Of a stretch of DNA of 64,000 nucleotides, positions 24,021 to 37,500 are shown piece after piece. Both the position numbers and the translations under genes were made by a program. The stretch is from Antedon mediterranea (lineage: Eukaryota; Animalia; Echinodermata). The stretch spans positions 4,950,201 to 5,014,200 of the forward strand of contig NC_092670.1 of assembly GCF_964355755.1 (NCBI RefSeq), read 5' to 3'. Below the pieces are notes generated by a model. The model was not told the origin of the DNA. It worked only from the letters and a program-made list of their open reading frames with translations, and ran no database searches. Each line of letters begins with the position of its first letter. Position 1 is the stretch's first letter.

Positions 24021-27000
24021 TACTCTAGTAGCTAGATCAACTTTCGTATGCACTTTGAGGTCCAGGGAATTTGACTTCATAAATTGGTTTAGGATGGTCA
24101 AACAATCATTATTGGCTTGGTTACACATTTTGAAAATGTGGCGAAAGGTCAAAAGGTCAGGGTGAAAGGTTATCAAACTAAATACCAATAGGTCCTTAAA
24201 TCTCGACAACCACTGGTCACAGCGAGGTAATCTTGGTCTCAAATTGATCAGAAGGTATACATTTATATTCAGTCTAATGGGACATTTTAGTCAAAAATGA
24301 CCGGAAATGCCATTTCTGACCTTTGACCCACACCCCAGGGCATGTATGTATCTCCGTAACTACTGATCGTAGACACTTGAATTTGGTCTTAAATTGTTTG
24401 AAATAAACATTTTGTTATTTGTAGCACATTTTTAAACATGTTACAGAAGGTCAAAGGGTCAAGGTCAAAGGTTATATGAACAAATGTAAATAGATACTTG
24501 TATCTCGGCAACCACTCGTCGCAGCAAGTCGATTTTAGTCTCAAAATGTTCCGAAGGCATGCTTTCATATTCAATCTAATGGGACATTTTAGTCAAAAAT
24601 TATCAGAAATGCCATTTCTGACCTTTGACCCACATTATCATGGCATCTTCATATCTCTGTAAGTACTGGTCGTAGAAACTTAAATTTGGTATCAAATTGT
24701 TCGAAATATACATATTTACATTCATTGTAATAGAAAATGTGGTTAAAAGATGAACAGAAATACTATTACTAATGTTTCAAACAAAAAACATATCTCTACA
24801 TAACTTATCCTTAGACAGTAATGTTATGCAATAACTGATACTTTAAATTGTTTCAATTTCAAGTACTAGTTATTGCTGTCCCCAAGAAAATTTTGATAGA
24901 AACGTCAAGCTCAACAGTTCTTTTCAGAATGCTAGAAGTAACTTGCCATGTGTATCCGATTAAACTCCACAGGCATTTATTGTTCAAATGGGTTTTTAGG
25001 GGGAGGGGAGGCATCTTTATTTGGGGTATAATATGGTAATATGTATAATCAAATAAATACCACCTAGATGTAAAAAAAAATACAGCACAATTAATATCAA
25101 AAAGTGAAAAAAATGCTTGGTAAATTGTAGATTATGGTAGTTAATGTAATGTGTTGTGATACAATTATTTTGTAAATGCATTAGGCGGAGCGTTATTCCA
25201 CATGATGTTCTATTGGAGGGAATGGTGGTGTTTATTTGAGGGAGGCTTTTATTCAAAGCGGGTGTTAATTCGAATAAATAGTCTAATTTTAATAATTATA
25301 ATTCGTTTCCCAACTGATAAAAGGTACTTTACATGATTCGCTTTCTTCTTTATGCTTTTTAACGAAATGTTTCTGTCTTTTAGAATAAAAGTGACACTGT
25401 CATAGATAACATTAAATGGATCTTCTCCTCCAGGTGCCAGTATAATGATATAAAACAATGACATATCATTATCCTGACACGATTGCACTCATAATGGATC
25501 TTCATTCTATCATCTGTTTGTTTGTGACTACAATTTGACAACAATCTTTTGCATATTTTTAAATGCCAATACCTAGTTTCATTACTATTGTACAATATGT
25601 CCAGCTTTCCTGAAAACACCCTTGTGAACTGTAGTACAGTGTTGTTGTATGATTTTATCATGATAACTTCTGATGCTTTTATTGTCAATGAATTCAGTAC
25701 CTAAAACATGTCAAAGTTTCTAGTGGTATTGATAATAAATCTCCAGAAACATATATTGTTTTATTATCTACACTGTGAACAGACGTGTATAATATACACC
25801 AACAAAACTTATACATATTATGTATAAGTTTTGTCGGTAACACTCACAAATATTATGCAACAGTGTTACGGAATAATGACAATGAATTGGTCTATTATAG
25901 TTGTCTGTGATACCTTTTATTACATGATTGTACTTGCAACAGGATAGAATGAGGTTTAATCCAGTTATTATTCTTATTATATTAATTTTTTTTTTATCTG
26001 GGGTGTATTTATTTGATTGTATTGTTACCATTATTACACTCAAACAAAATAAACGCCTTCCCTGAATAATTAAATGCCCGGACCTTTTATTCGGGTAACT
26101 ATGGTAAGTTACTTCTAGCATTCTTAACTGTTGAGCTCGAGTATTTATTCGAATTAACATCCGCTTTGAATAAAAGCTTCCATTCCCTCCAATAGAACAT
26201 CATGTGGAATAAACACTCCGCCACATGCATTTAGAAAATAATTGTATCACAACACATTTCATTAACTACCATAATCTACAATTTACCAAGCATTTTGACA
26301 TAATTTTATCATTTTTTGATATTAATTGTGCTGTATTTTTTTACATCTAGGTGGTATTTATTTGATTATACATGTTACCATATTATACCCCAAATAAGGA
26401 TGCCTCCCCTCCCCCTAAAAACCCTTTTGAACAATAAATGCCCGGGGCGTTTAATCGGATACACATGGCAAGTTACTTCTAGCATTCTGAAAAGAACTGT
26501 TGAGCTTGACGTTTATATCAAAATGTTCTCGTGGACAGCAATAACTAGTAGGCCTACTTGAAATTGAAACAATTTAAAGTATCATATTGCATAACATTAC
26601 TGTCTAAGGCAGTATAAGTTGTGTAGAGATATTTTTGATAGTTTTTTGTTTGAAACATTAGTAATAGTATTTTCTGTTCATCTTTTAACCACATTTTCTA
26701 TTACAATGAATGTAAATATGTATATTTCGAACAATTTGATACCAAATTTAAGTTTCTACGACCAGTACTTACAGAGATATGAAGATGCCCTGGTATGTGG
26801 GTCAAAGGTCAGAAATGGCATTTCTGATAATTTTTTACTAAAATTCCCCATTAAACGGAATATAAATGCATGCCTTCTGAACATTTTGAGACCAAAATTG
26901 ACTTGCTGCGACCAGTGGTTGCCGAGATACAAGTACCTTTATTTATTTGTTTATATAACCCTTGACCCTGACCCTTTGACCTTTTGTAACATTTTTCAAA

Positions 27001-27408
27001 ATGTATAACAAATAACAAAATATATATTTCGAACAATTTAAAACCAAATTCAAGTGTCTACGACAAGTAGTTACGGAGATAAATACATGCCCTGGGTTGT
27101 GGGTCAAAGGTCAGAAATGGCATTTCCGGTCATTTTAAACTAAAATGTCCCATTAGACTGAATATAAATGTATACCTTCTGATCAATTTGAGACCAAAAT
27201 TACTTCGCTGTGACCAGTGGTTGTTGAGATTTAAGGACATATTGGTGTTTTGTCTTATGACCTTTCACCTGACCTTTTGACCTTTCGCCACATTTTCAAA
27301 ATGTGTAACCAAGCCAAAAATGATTGTTTGACCATCCTAAACCAATTTCTGAAGTCAAATTCTCTGGACCTCAAAGTGCATACGAAAGTTGATCTAGCTA
27401 CTAGAGTA
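24021..27408. mobile_element. 3.4-kb non-autonomous DNA transposon with ~1.25-kb TIRs (Academ-like, tentative)
   Basis: Termini TACTCTAGTAGCTAGATCAACTTTCGTATGCAC / GTGCATACGAAAGTTGATCTAGCTACTAGAGTA; TTA duplicated at 24018-24020 and 27409-27411 (also readable as a 5-bp ATTAT). Empty site CAGGCATTATATAAAGAGCC at 31891 and 40991. Arms ~24021-25280 and ~26142-27408 contain ~300-bp internal tandem units. Confidence 0.85.
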
Positions 27409-28666
27409 TTATATAAAGAGCCACAATCACCAGTAAATACAACATTACTCTATACAATTTATTATATTTATTAAAAAAAAACATTTTTGTGAGATGTGAA
27501 TCCATCTGGAAAACCATTTTACCCGTACAAAGTCATCATTGTGGTAATTATAGAAGATATATATATTATAATAGTATAAATATATGTTGTAATGTTACCT
27601 TTATGAAAGTATACCATTAGTCAGACCTAGTACCAATACACCAACAATATTAAAAAAAATTCCAATACATAGCCTACAATTCTAAAGGCCGGTGCACACC
27701 AAACGCGTCACGTCATTCGACGGATCGCTTTGAAAGTTGAATTGTCATGCGTCTATTAGTTTTTCTTGTCGGTTCCCACTAAACGCGTCACGATGTGCTG
27801 ATTCGTCGCGATTGCTAGGCCTAGGAGATAGTGTGTTGGCCAATACAATGCTACATTTAAAATAATCAGAGAAGATGACTCTGAAGTATTTCCTATGTAA
27901 GTTTAACCAGAGAAGAGTTAAATTAAAATCACAGTGTTTGGTTTTGGTGGGAAAATGTTATCCTTTTCCAAAGCCTGAAATGTGCATGATTGTATGTATA
28001 TATCACAAGGACAGAAGAAGATGTATCCAATATCAATACAGTTACAAGAATTAAAGCATTTATTGCATGTTGATTACACGTACATGTGATCTGCTGACTG
28101 TATTTATTAGTGGTGTTACAAATATCTTTCAACAGAGGTTATTATAACCATATAAAACATTTCATATAAACACGAACTGGAAATCTTCCTGGGTTTGTCA
28201 CTTTCAAATATAAACTATAGGCCTAATATTAATGTAAAGTTTTCACATTCATTTTCTAATTATTATTAAATATTATATTATTCATGACAAAACATACAGT
28301 TTTTTTCTCATTAGATTAAATGTAATAAATATCCCAAACTCATATTTACACTGTATATTATCTTATGACTTTTTCACATAAATACACTTATTGAAATAGT
28401 GAATCATTGTTTTTAAAGGTATCATTAAATATCAACCAGATTTTCTTTTTTACTACTCCTGAATACTTTCGCAAAATAATATCAAAATAATAAATTTAAA
28501 ATGTATCATCCCAAAAAAAATGAAAATTGAAGAAATATTATTATTGTTAAAAGTGAATAACTAACCCTAAAGTGTTATACTGTATTACACACAATGAAAA
28601 TGTTTTAAATTATATTTTCAGGAAGACAATATAACAATCTTTTCCAAAAAATGACACTAAACTTAA

Positions 28667-28845
28667 AGATGTATTGTCCCATAGAATCATGAAAAATGAA
28701 GATGATTAAAATCAAATTTGAATAGGAGATTTTGTAGTTTTAACAAAGTTAATCACTTACATAGAAAAAAACCCCAAAAAAATTGTATCACTTATAAAAT
28801 GAAAAAAATTCCATTAGCTGGCAGCCAATTTGACTATTTGTTTAG
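28667..28845. mobile_element. Truncated Kolobok-like MITE nested in the Harbinger element
   Basis: TTAA|AGATGTATTGTCCC left end and internal similarity to 53008-53351; right TIR absent. Confidence 0.6.
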
Positions 28846-29040
28846 TATTGGAGTATAACAAAACATATACATATATTTCCATGTGTTCTCTATTGCTAAA
28901 AAAAGACATTCAGTTCAGCTTTCCTTCTATAACCACTTAATAAATACCAGTTACAGTCCAACTCCTCCTTAATCTCTTCCATTTTCTATAAAAAAAAAAT
29001 GAAACAAGTATTAAAAAATTGCTATAGTAAGGCATATTGC

Positions 29041-29805
29041 TCAAATCATTTTTTCTGGCCAATGTATGTCACCAACTGACATACAAATTTGAAAAAAGTC
29101 TATACAAACCTGTGTCAGCCTCATAATTGCCAGTCCACGTTTTTGAGGAGCAATTGCTCTTAATTCCATGGCAATATACTGGCCGCTTAAACTACTAGCT
29201 TGGTCATTGGTGGAGTTTGTAACGCTGGTAATAGCCTGAAGGATCCAATTTATCAATGTTCATCTAATTGACCTAAAAGAAACAAAAACAACAGTATTTA
29301 TGTATTAATTAATATTATTACTACTAGGCCCTAGGCCTAGGCCTATCCTAGCCTTACAACACTAGGCCTAGGCCTAAATCAACTAAATATTAGGCCTATA
29401 AATATTAATTAATAATAATAAGTAGCCTAGGCCTAGGCTAAACCTAGCCTAGCCTAGTACTGTACTCATTTATTTGTAGGCTTAACCTAGGCTTGGCCTA
29501 GCCTACTAGGGTATATGTAGCCTAGGCTAGGTAGGCCTAGCTACTAGGCCCTAGTATGGCCTAAACCTAGGCCTAGGTAGGCTAGAAATAGAAGGCTTGC
29601 CAACTCACTTTACAAATTGATCTTTGACGCGTTTTAGGCCTAGTTTTTCTGGCATTCTTCTACACAGATGTTTGTCTGAAATTATTGTCTTCATGCATTA
29701 ATCCTTATGTTTCTGTCTGTGTATGACTTACTTCCCTTATCGTAAAGACAAGAAGAAGGGTAATGACAAATTATTTCCATAAAGACCTCGCTCGTCAGCC
29801 ACCAT
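29041..29805 (-). pseudogene. Decayed MADF(-BESS-like) DNA-binding ORF of the Harbinger element, two exons
   Basis: Exon ~29805-29609 reads EVFMEIICHYPSSCLYDKGSKSYTDRNIRINA*...SVEECQKN*...KRVKDQFVK|GTGAGT, a MADF pattern with stops at the expected Trp positions. The exon from acceptor 29272 contains GQYIAMELRAIAPQKRGLAIMRLTQV (BESS-like). Confidence 0.7.
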
Positions 29806-30070
29806 TTTTTTGCCGTCGGTGTCGTCGATGAGAGATATTCCTGACTTCTGATTGGTTGACGAACGCGAACCGCGCTCGCGACGCCTCAAAAAGTTTTTTG
29901 AAAATTCGCGTGCGAAGCCTTCGCTGCTGTCGTTTTCAACGCGTTGAAGTTGAAATTCGACTATCGTACACTGTTCGCTTGTATGTTCACACTGGAAGCG
30001 TCCGTTGCCTGCCACGTGCGTCACTTTTTAACGCGAAATTCGCGGCTTCGCGTTTGGTGTGCACCGGCCT

Positions 30071-30545
<475 letters not shown>

Positions 30546-31399
30546 CGAGTAAACATTCTAGAAATAACGCGCGATTTACGGAATTTTGCCCTTACGTAAA
30601 TTTATATATAGATTCTAAATAACTTCATATTATTGACTGGGTACGGTATGCGATACAGTACCTACCTATTATTTTAACTATTTATACTATGGACTATTTA
30701 TGTATGTTTTTTTGGTTGAATAATTATTACGAGGCGAAACGGTTTGATCTCGGAGCAACTTTTTTCATTCTCAACATTTTCCTCATTTTTATCGTTTATA
30801 CATCGTTATATAGTTCACACTTGAAGTTGGCATAGAAGGCGGTGTTATGGTTATAGAGATCAGACACTCGTAGAACAGAAGTCGTATTAACATTATACCG
30901 ATGTTTGTGTACGTAATTTAATCTTTTTCGGAGGTTGACATTATGTAACCCAAGATCGGAAAACTCTTTAGCACCAATGTGAAATCTCGAACCAAAATTT
31001 AAAAATAAAGCGTGCCATCTTGTTTTGGCCAGTTTGTAATTTATGTTTAAGATTCTGTTGACACTGCCACATACAATCCTGATGCAGAATAGTCAAATGT
31101 ACATTGTATTAAAGAAGTTGACTTTTTTTTTCAAGCACAAACTTTGCCTTTGTAGAAACTTCAGTCTTGTCTTACGTTCACTGACAACACTAGTTATTTT
31201 TTTAATAATTTTGATATTGAAAATGTGTGTAGTAGGTCGCTTTCTTGTAGATGCTATGTAGAATGTAATTTTTGTTTTGGTTTATTTCTGTACTCTGTTC
31301 TGGGTTGATCAACTATCATTTCTTTGCCTTTCATATTTGTTTTGTCTTCTTTGTATTGTATAAGGCAGAAAACTAAATGAATAAATAGTTGCAATTATA

Positions 31400-31467
31400 A
31401 TAATAATAATAAATGAAAACTTATATAGCGCCGGTATCCTCCACCCATGTGGCGCTCATGGCGCTTA
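31400..31467 (-). mobile_element. ~70-bp 3' tail of an L2/CR1-like LINE or partner SINE
   Basis: Minus strand AGCGCCATGAGCGCC...GGCGCTATATAAG...(ATT)n; AATTATA TSD (31393-31399, 31468-31474); absent from the paralogous site at ~40568. Confidence 0.7.
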
Positions 31468-32160
31468 AATTATATCACATAACCTATATTGGTCAGTATT
31501 GTATATACCCAAGTATGTAACTTGCGTAGTGCTTTAATTCCACCGTAAACACTTTTTTAAGCCTCACTCAGTTTCCTAAGGTAATACTTTTGGTTTTTCC
31601 AACGTGTAAAGATTGTGTGTGAGAGCCAAGGCATCGGTGAAATCAAAATTTTAGAAAAATTTCCATCGTGTGGAGGGCCATTAGCTTGGTCTTCTGTAGT
31701 TCCACATAACTCGGTCGATAGTTAAATAAATTAATAGACCCGGTTTTTTGCGGCGTGCATTTTGTTGAGGAAAATATTTAAGCGTGCATACCTTACTATT
31801 TTATGACGGAAAATATGGTTGTCATAATTATATTTGGTATGTTTTTGGAGCATTGGAAAATAAGAAGTATTTTCGATTACATCCTTTTAGCAGGCATTAT
31901 ATAAAGAGCCACAATCACCAGTAAATACAACATTACTATATACAATTTATTATATTTATTTAAAAAAAAAGATTTTTGTGAGATGTGAATCTATCTGGAA
32001 AACCATTTTACCCGTGCAAAGTCATCATTGTGGTAATTATAGAAGATATATATTATAATAGTATAAATATATGTTGTAATGTTACCTTTATGAAAGTATA
32101 CCATTAGTCAGACCTAGTACCAATACACCAACAATATTGAAAAAAATTCCAATACATAGC

Positions 32161-32742
32161 CTACAATTCTAAATTATGGTGTTTTCTGAAAATATGCATT
32201 TTCAAATGAAGACTTTGTTTAAATTTCTTCCCACAATGTTCACATTCAAATAATGTCTCTCTCCTGTGTGTATTCTGTAATGAATGTTTAACGATCCGCT
32301 TTGTCTAAACTTCTTTCCACAAAGTTCACATTCAAATGGTGTCTCTCCTGTGTGTGTTCTCAAATGTACTTTTAATTTCCACATGTCTTTGAATTTCGTG
32401 CCACAATATTCACATTCAAATGTTTCTCTTGTGTGCACTCTGTAATGTATTTTCAACTTACCGCCTTTGGTGAACTTCCTTCCACAATGTTCACATTCAT
32501 GGTGTTTCTGTGTGTATTCTGAAATGTATTTTAAGGCCTCTTTTTCTTTGAATTTCTTTCCAAAATGTTCACATTCATATGGTGTCTCTCCTGTGTGTTT
32601 TCTAAGATGTGCTTTTAAGTGTCCATTCCGTCGAAATTTCTTTCCACAGTGTTCACATTCATATGGTGTCTCTCCTGTGTGCACTCTCAAATGTGTCTTC
32701 AACTCTCCATTTCGTTTAAATTTCGTCCCACAATGTCCACAT
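32161..32742 (-). pseudogene. Out-of-frame decayed C-terminal fingers of copy C
   Basis: Cys substitutions, a compensated double frameshift (KYISEYTQKHH), and an extra 2-nt insertion at ~32257 relative to copy E. Confidence 0.8.
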
Positions 32743-33432
32743 TCATAATGGTGTTTCTTCTGTGTGCACTCTCAAATGTGTTTTTAACCCTCCACTGTGT
32801 GTAAATTTCTTCCCACAATGTTCACATTCATATGGTGTCTCTCCTGTGTGTATTCTAATATGTACTTTTAAGTGTCCATTTCGTTTAAATTTCTTCCCAC
32901 AATGTTCACATTCATATGGTGTCTCTCCTGTGTGTATTCTAAGATGTGTCTTCAAATCTCCATTTCGTTTAAATTTCTTTCCACAATGTTCACATTCATA
33001 TGGTGTTTCTCCTGTGTGCACTCTCAAATGTGTTTTCAACTCTCCCCTTTGTTTAAATTTCTTCCCACAATGTTCACATTCATATGGTGTCTCTCCTGTG
33101 TGTATTCTAAGATGTACTTTTAAGTGTCCATTTCGTTTAAATTTCTTCCCACAATGTTCACATTCATATGGTGTCTCTCCTGTGTGTATTCTAAGATGTG
33201 CTTTTAAGTGTCCATTCCGTTGAAATTTCTTCCCACAGTGTTCACATTCATGTGGTGTTGTGTTCTTTTTACTTTCTTTCACTAAATGTGTTTTAAAATC
33301 ATCTTCGAATAATATTCTCTCTTGACTGTGGTGTTCATATTTCAACTCCTCTGTTCTTGTATGTATTCCTAAATGGATCTTCAAATCACTGAAGTCAAAT
33401 TTATTTCCACAGTGTTCACATTTGTATTCCAT
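32743..33432 (-). CDS. Zinc-finger copy C, 6 tandem fingers, ends at a frameshift-derived stop (possibly a pseudogene)
   Basis: ATG at 33432; fingers QRNGHL, KRNGHL, KQRGEL, KRNGDL, KRNGHL, THSGGL; terminates ETPL* because of a 1-nt insertion. Confidence 0.65.
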   Translation of the reverse strand: MEYKCEHCGNKFDFSDLKIHLGIHTRTEELKYEHHSQERILFEDDFKTHLVKESKKNTTPHECEHCGKKFQRNGHLKAHLRIHTGETPYECEHCGKKFKRNGHLKVHLRIHTGETPYECEHCGKKFKQRGELKTHLRVHTGETPYECEHCGKKFKRNGDLKTHLRIHTGETPYECEHCGKKFKRNGHLKVHIRIHTGETPYECEHCGKKFTHSGGLKTHLRVHTEETPL

Positions 33433-34055
33433 ATCTTGGATTTCGTTAATGTCGTACACTTTGAAATACGATAACTGAGACCCGACAAATCAATGATATA
33501 ATATATATCTTTCTTTTTTGTTAACGTGGTTGTAAAAGTGGTAATCCTCTCTGGTCCGCAAAATATCAGCTGTACGGACGTGTGCCGCTTTTATTTAATT
33601 AGGGAGGGGCACACTTTTAAACATGCTCAAGTAGCCGTTTTTGTTATGTTAAATAGCTGATGTTAAATATTGAAGACTATGTACTATTATTATATTTGGG
33701 AGGTTTTTTTTGTTAAATAAATAATACAAAACGGTTTGGCAACTCGGTTTGATTCATAATATCTATTAATTATTAATAAACAGACGCTTATTAAGAACTA
33801 TTAAACCGCAAAATATTTTACGAATAAGCGAGAGGCTTCAATGAGACAAAACAGTTTAATCAATCTTATATATAGCTGGATAATCTAAACACTATTTAAT
33901 AAATTTAAATAATTGTAAATAGCTTCATATTGGTTGACTTGGTACGGTATGCTATACAGTACCTACCTATTATTTTAACTAGGGCATACACTAACAAAAA
34001 CATTAGACAGATCATTGGCAAATTACAGGACACGAACACATTTACTCAAAATGGT

Positions 34056-36351
34056 ACTGGTACTGGTTCAAATAACCGTCTCACAGAGACATCTGGTAGC
34101 CATTGACTTGAAGTTGGCATTTGGATGTGTTACTTTTAAATGTAAGCCTACAGTATGAGAGTGACTACTACCAAATTACACAGTCACAAAACAACTTATA
34201 AAACAGTTCATATATACAGTTAAAACATTGCTGGGAATTATAAATTTCTGTTGAAGCAGGCTCTAATGAAGTTGCATCTAGTAAGTTGACTTTGTTGTAC
34301 AACTCTATCAAGTACTGATGGTATCTTCCGACCTCTTCGTTTACTTTGTGTTGTGTGAAAAGTAAGAATTTTTGTAGGATCTTCATTTTCTTTTCTAATT
34401 ACATGTCCGATCCAGTTGAATTGTTGCTTGTAGACATATTCTTCTAGCGGTTGACAGCCAGTAATTTTGTAGAGATCGTCATTATCAATTACGTAACGCC
34501 AGTCTATATAGTTTTCATCTGTTTCTTCATCTGAGGATATGTCTACATGGTTTGGTGGGCAGACTCTTTGAAAGCCATTCACTAGCATTCTTCTTAGGAA
34601 GGTTTTGTATGTTGTGCTAAGTTTGGACATTTCACTTCCTGTTGCCCTCCAAGCATGGCAACCATAGGTGAGTCTACTCCTAACTAGACCATTAAGAAAC
34701 ATCATTCTTGTTTGTAGGTGGATCGTTCTGTTGGTAAGCAATGCCCTATTCTCTGCAAATGCTCCTTTGGCTGAATTGATTCTGTATTTTACTTCTTGAT
34801 CTCCAATATGAACATCATTGTAGGTAGCCCATACACCAAGGTATCTAAAGTGTGTTACGTTGTTAATGTGTACGCCGCCAATTTGTATGATGCATCTTGG
34901 GTATTCTTCAACTTCCTCTTTCCAGTTCCATATAATGGTTTCTGTTTTGGGGGCACTAATTCTTAGACCAAATTCCAGACAAACTTTATTCAAGATGTTC
35001 ACAATGGTTTGCAGTTCTTCTTGTGACCAGGAGCTTACAGCAAAGTCGTCAGCATAGCCACTTTCAAAGTCGTCATAGATGCCCCTTGATGGTGCTTTAC
35101 ATCTTTGAGCACGATTTGTAGCTTCAATAGGAATTAGGTATTGTATCATTAGGCCATCCAAACTAGCATCTTTACAGCGTTGTTTGAACACTCTAATAAC
35201 GTAATCAAAATATTGGTTAAACATGCTGGTACTCTCAATACCACCCTGTCGCACCCCAGAAGATGTTTCGAACTTATCATCACTCGGATCGTCGTCAGCA
35301 AGGTATGCTTTCGTTGAGCTGTACAGTGATTGTATAATGTCAATCATAGTAGTAGACTGGTTTAAGTGAAACCTATTACGAACGCTTAGGAAAAGAAGAT
35401 TACGATTCACATGGTCGAATGCTGCTGTTAAATCAATGAAGCATGTATAGAGTTTGCGATTTGAGCGATACGCAATTTCCTGGATCTGCTTGATTACATA
35501 TATAGCATCATTGCACCCTCTGTTGGACCTGAATCCAAACTGTGTGCGTAGAAGTTGACTTTCATAAAAGATGGAAAAACGTGAAAGAATGATAACCATA
35601 AGTATCTTTGAAAATGTAGACCCAATCGATATTCCTCTATACATTGATGGATCAAGTGGACTGCCTTTTTTTTCCAAATGGTTGTTAATTTGGACAGTCC
35701 CCAATCACTTGGTACTTCTTTCGTTCTCCAAATTTCCTCAAACAGTCTATGTACATGGTCGACGAATACTGGGTTCTCTGTGGCAACATTTCAGAAGCGA
35801 CATCTAGGGTAGCTTTGCGACCTTTTAGATGTCCGATTGCATCAATAATTTCTTTCTTGGACGGAGGTTCATTGTCTATCTCAAATTCTGGTTGTCTCAG
35901 GTTGATAATATATTCTGGAGGTGTGCTAATTTCATCTGGGATTTTAAGGCTAGATTGGTCTGGATTAAAGTGATCTTTAAAGTGTTCACGTAATCCAGGA
36001 CATTTTATAGGCTTTGGTGCTTTTCTTATAACATCACCGTGCTCCTTAGCTTTTCTCCATAAATCAAATATTTTTCTATTTTGGTGGGCTTCATTTAACT
36101 TGCTTGCTTCTTCATACAAATATTCATTCCGTAGTTCCTTCACCCTTATCTTAATTGCTTTCTGCATAGCCTTGATCTCCTCTTCTTTGTAGGTAACTGT
36201 GCTTTTGTTAATATTCTTTCTTTCTTTTATAAGCTGTTGTAGTCTTTCATCACCATCCCAGGGATGAGCATTTTGGTTTCTTGTTTTCTTCGGGACTTCT
36301 TCAACTGCCTTATTTAGCACTGTCATAAGTGTTGTATAGCGCTCATTTGAT
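34056..36351 (-). mobile_element. 5'-truncated non-LTR retrotransposon, RTE-like clade
   Basis: RT motifs YRGIS, QFGFR, FIDLTAAFD, GVRQG, YADD, FRYLG and RTE-like C-terminal LTYGCHAW and WIGHVIR. Two frameshifts near 35670-35790, where the middle frame reads FEEIWRTKEVPSDWG. Short (CCAGTA) tail; AATGGT TSD (34050-34055, 36352-36357); empty sites at ~37149 and ~43862. Confidence 0.92.
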
Positions 36352-36703
36352 AATGGTTTGACCTCAAAACGTAAAGAGAAATTCTGAATACGACTATTTT
36401 TTGTTTGAAGGAATTGTATGGGAAGCAGCAACCCTTAAACCACAAGTACTTAATCATTTCTACTTAACACACAAGAAAACTCTTTGGAATGAAGCAGGTA
36501 TATAGATTTTGTTGGAAAAGTAACAATTCACACACACACCTATTGGATATATGCAACTTAAATACGTAATAAGGCCTTCATAATTCCAACAATGCTAAGA
36601 ATACGTATACATTGCTGCCAACAGCAAGATGTCACCACTGTCAACAAGACGTTTACACTGTCGTCAAAAGACGTTTACAGTGTCGTTATAGCATTAGCTA
36701 ATG

Positions 36704-37500
36704 ACGGTTTGGCAACTCGGTTTGATTCATAATATCTATGCTGTTAAATGCCCTTCCCAAAGCAACATTGTTGAGTACGGAGCGCCAATACCACCTTCAT
36801 ACAAACAAATACACACAAAGGAATAGATACAATAGACATTAAGGGTTTCTGACAAATAATTTTATTTTTTATTAATAAACAGACGCTTATTAAGAACTAT
36901 TAAACCGCAAAGTATTTTACGAATAAGCGAGAGGCTTCAATGAGACAAAACAGTTTAATCAATCTTATATATAGCTGGATAATCAAAACACTATTTAATA
37001 AATTTAAATAATTGTAAATAGCTTCATATTGGTTGACTTGGTACGGTATGCTATACAGTACCTACCTATTATTTTAACTAGGGCATACACTAACAAAAAC
37101 ATTAGACAGATCATTGGCAAATTACAGGACACGAACACATTTACTCAAAATGGTTTGACCTCAAAACGTAAAGAGAAATTCTGAATACGACTATTTTTTG
37201 TTTGAAGGAATTGTATGGGAAGCAGCAACCCTTAAACCACAAGTACTTAATCATTTCTACTTAACACACAAGAAAACTCTTTGGAATGAAGCAGGTATAT
37301 AGATTTTGTTGGAAAAGTAACAATTCACACACACCTATTGGATATATGCAACTTAAATACGTAATAAGGCCTTCATAATTCCAACAATGCTAAGAATACG
37401 TATACATTGCTGCCAACAGCAAGATGTCACCACTGTCAACAAGACGTTTACACTGTCGTCAAAAGACGTTTACAGTGTCGTTATAGCATTAGCCACTTGT
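36704..37500. repeat. Duplicated ZNF 5'-flank segment
   Basis: Near-identical to 43397-44215 and to 33731-34055 plus 36352-36700. Confidence 0.9.

Larger units (their letters stand above)
27686..30070. mobile_element. PIF/Harbinger-type transposon (2385 bp), decayed, inserted in the last codons of ZNF copy B
   Basis: TIR AGGCCGGTGCACACCAAACGCG at both ends; TAA TSD at 27683-27685 and 30071-30073; empty site CAATTCTAAATTATGG at ~32164 and ~41266. Confidence 0.9.

Noticed and set aside
36352-36431. N-terminal part of the 248-aa ORF as LINE sequence
   Set aside because: It lies outside the TSD, in host flank that is duplicated at 37150 and 43862; chance in-frame extension.
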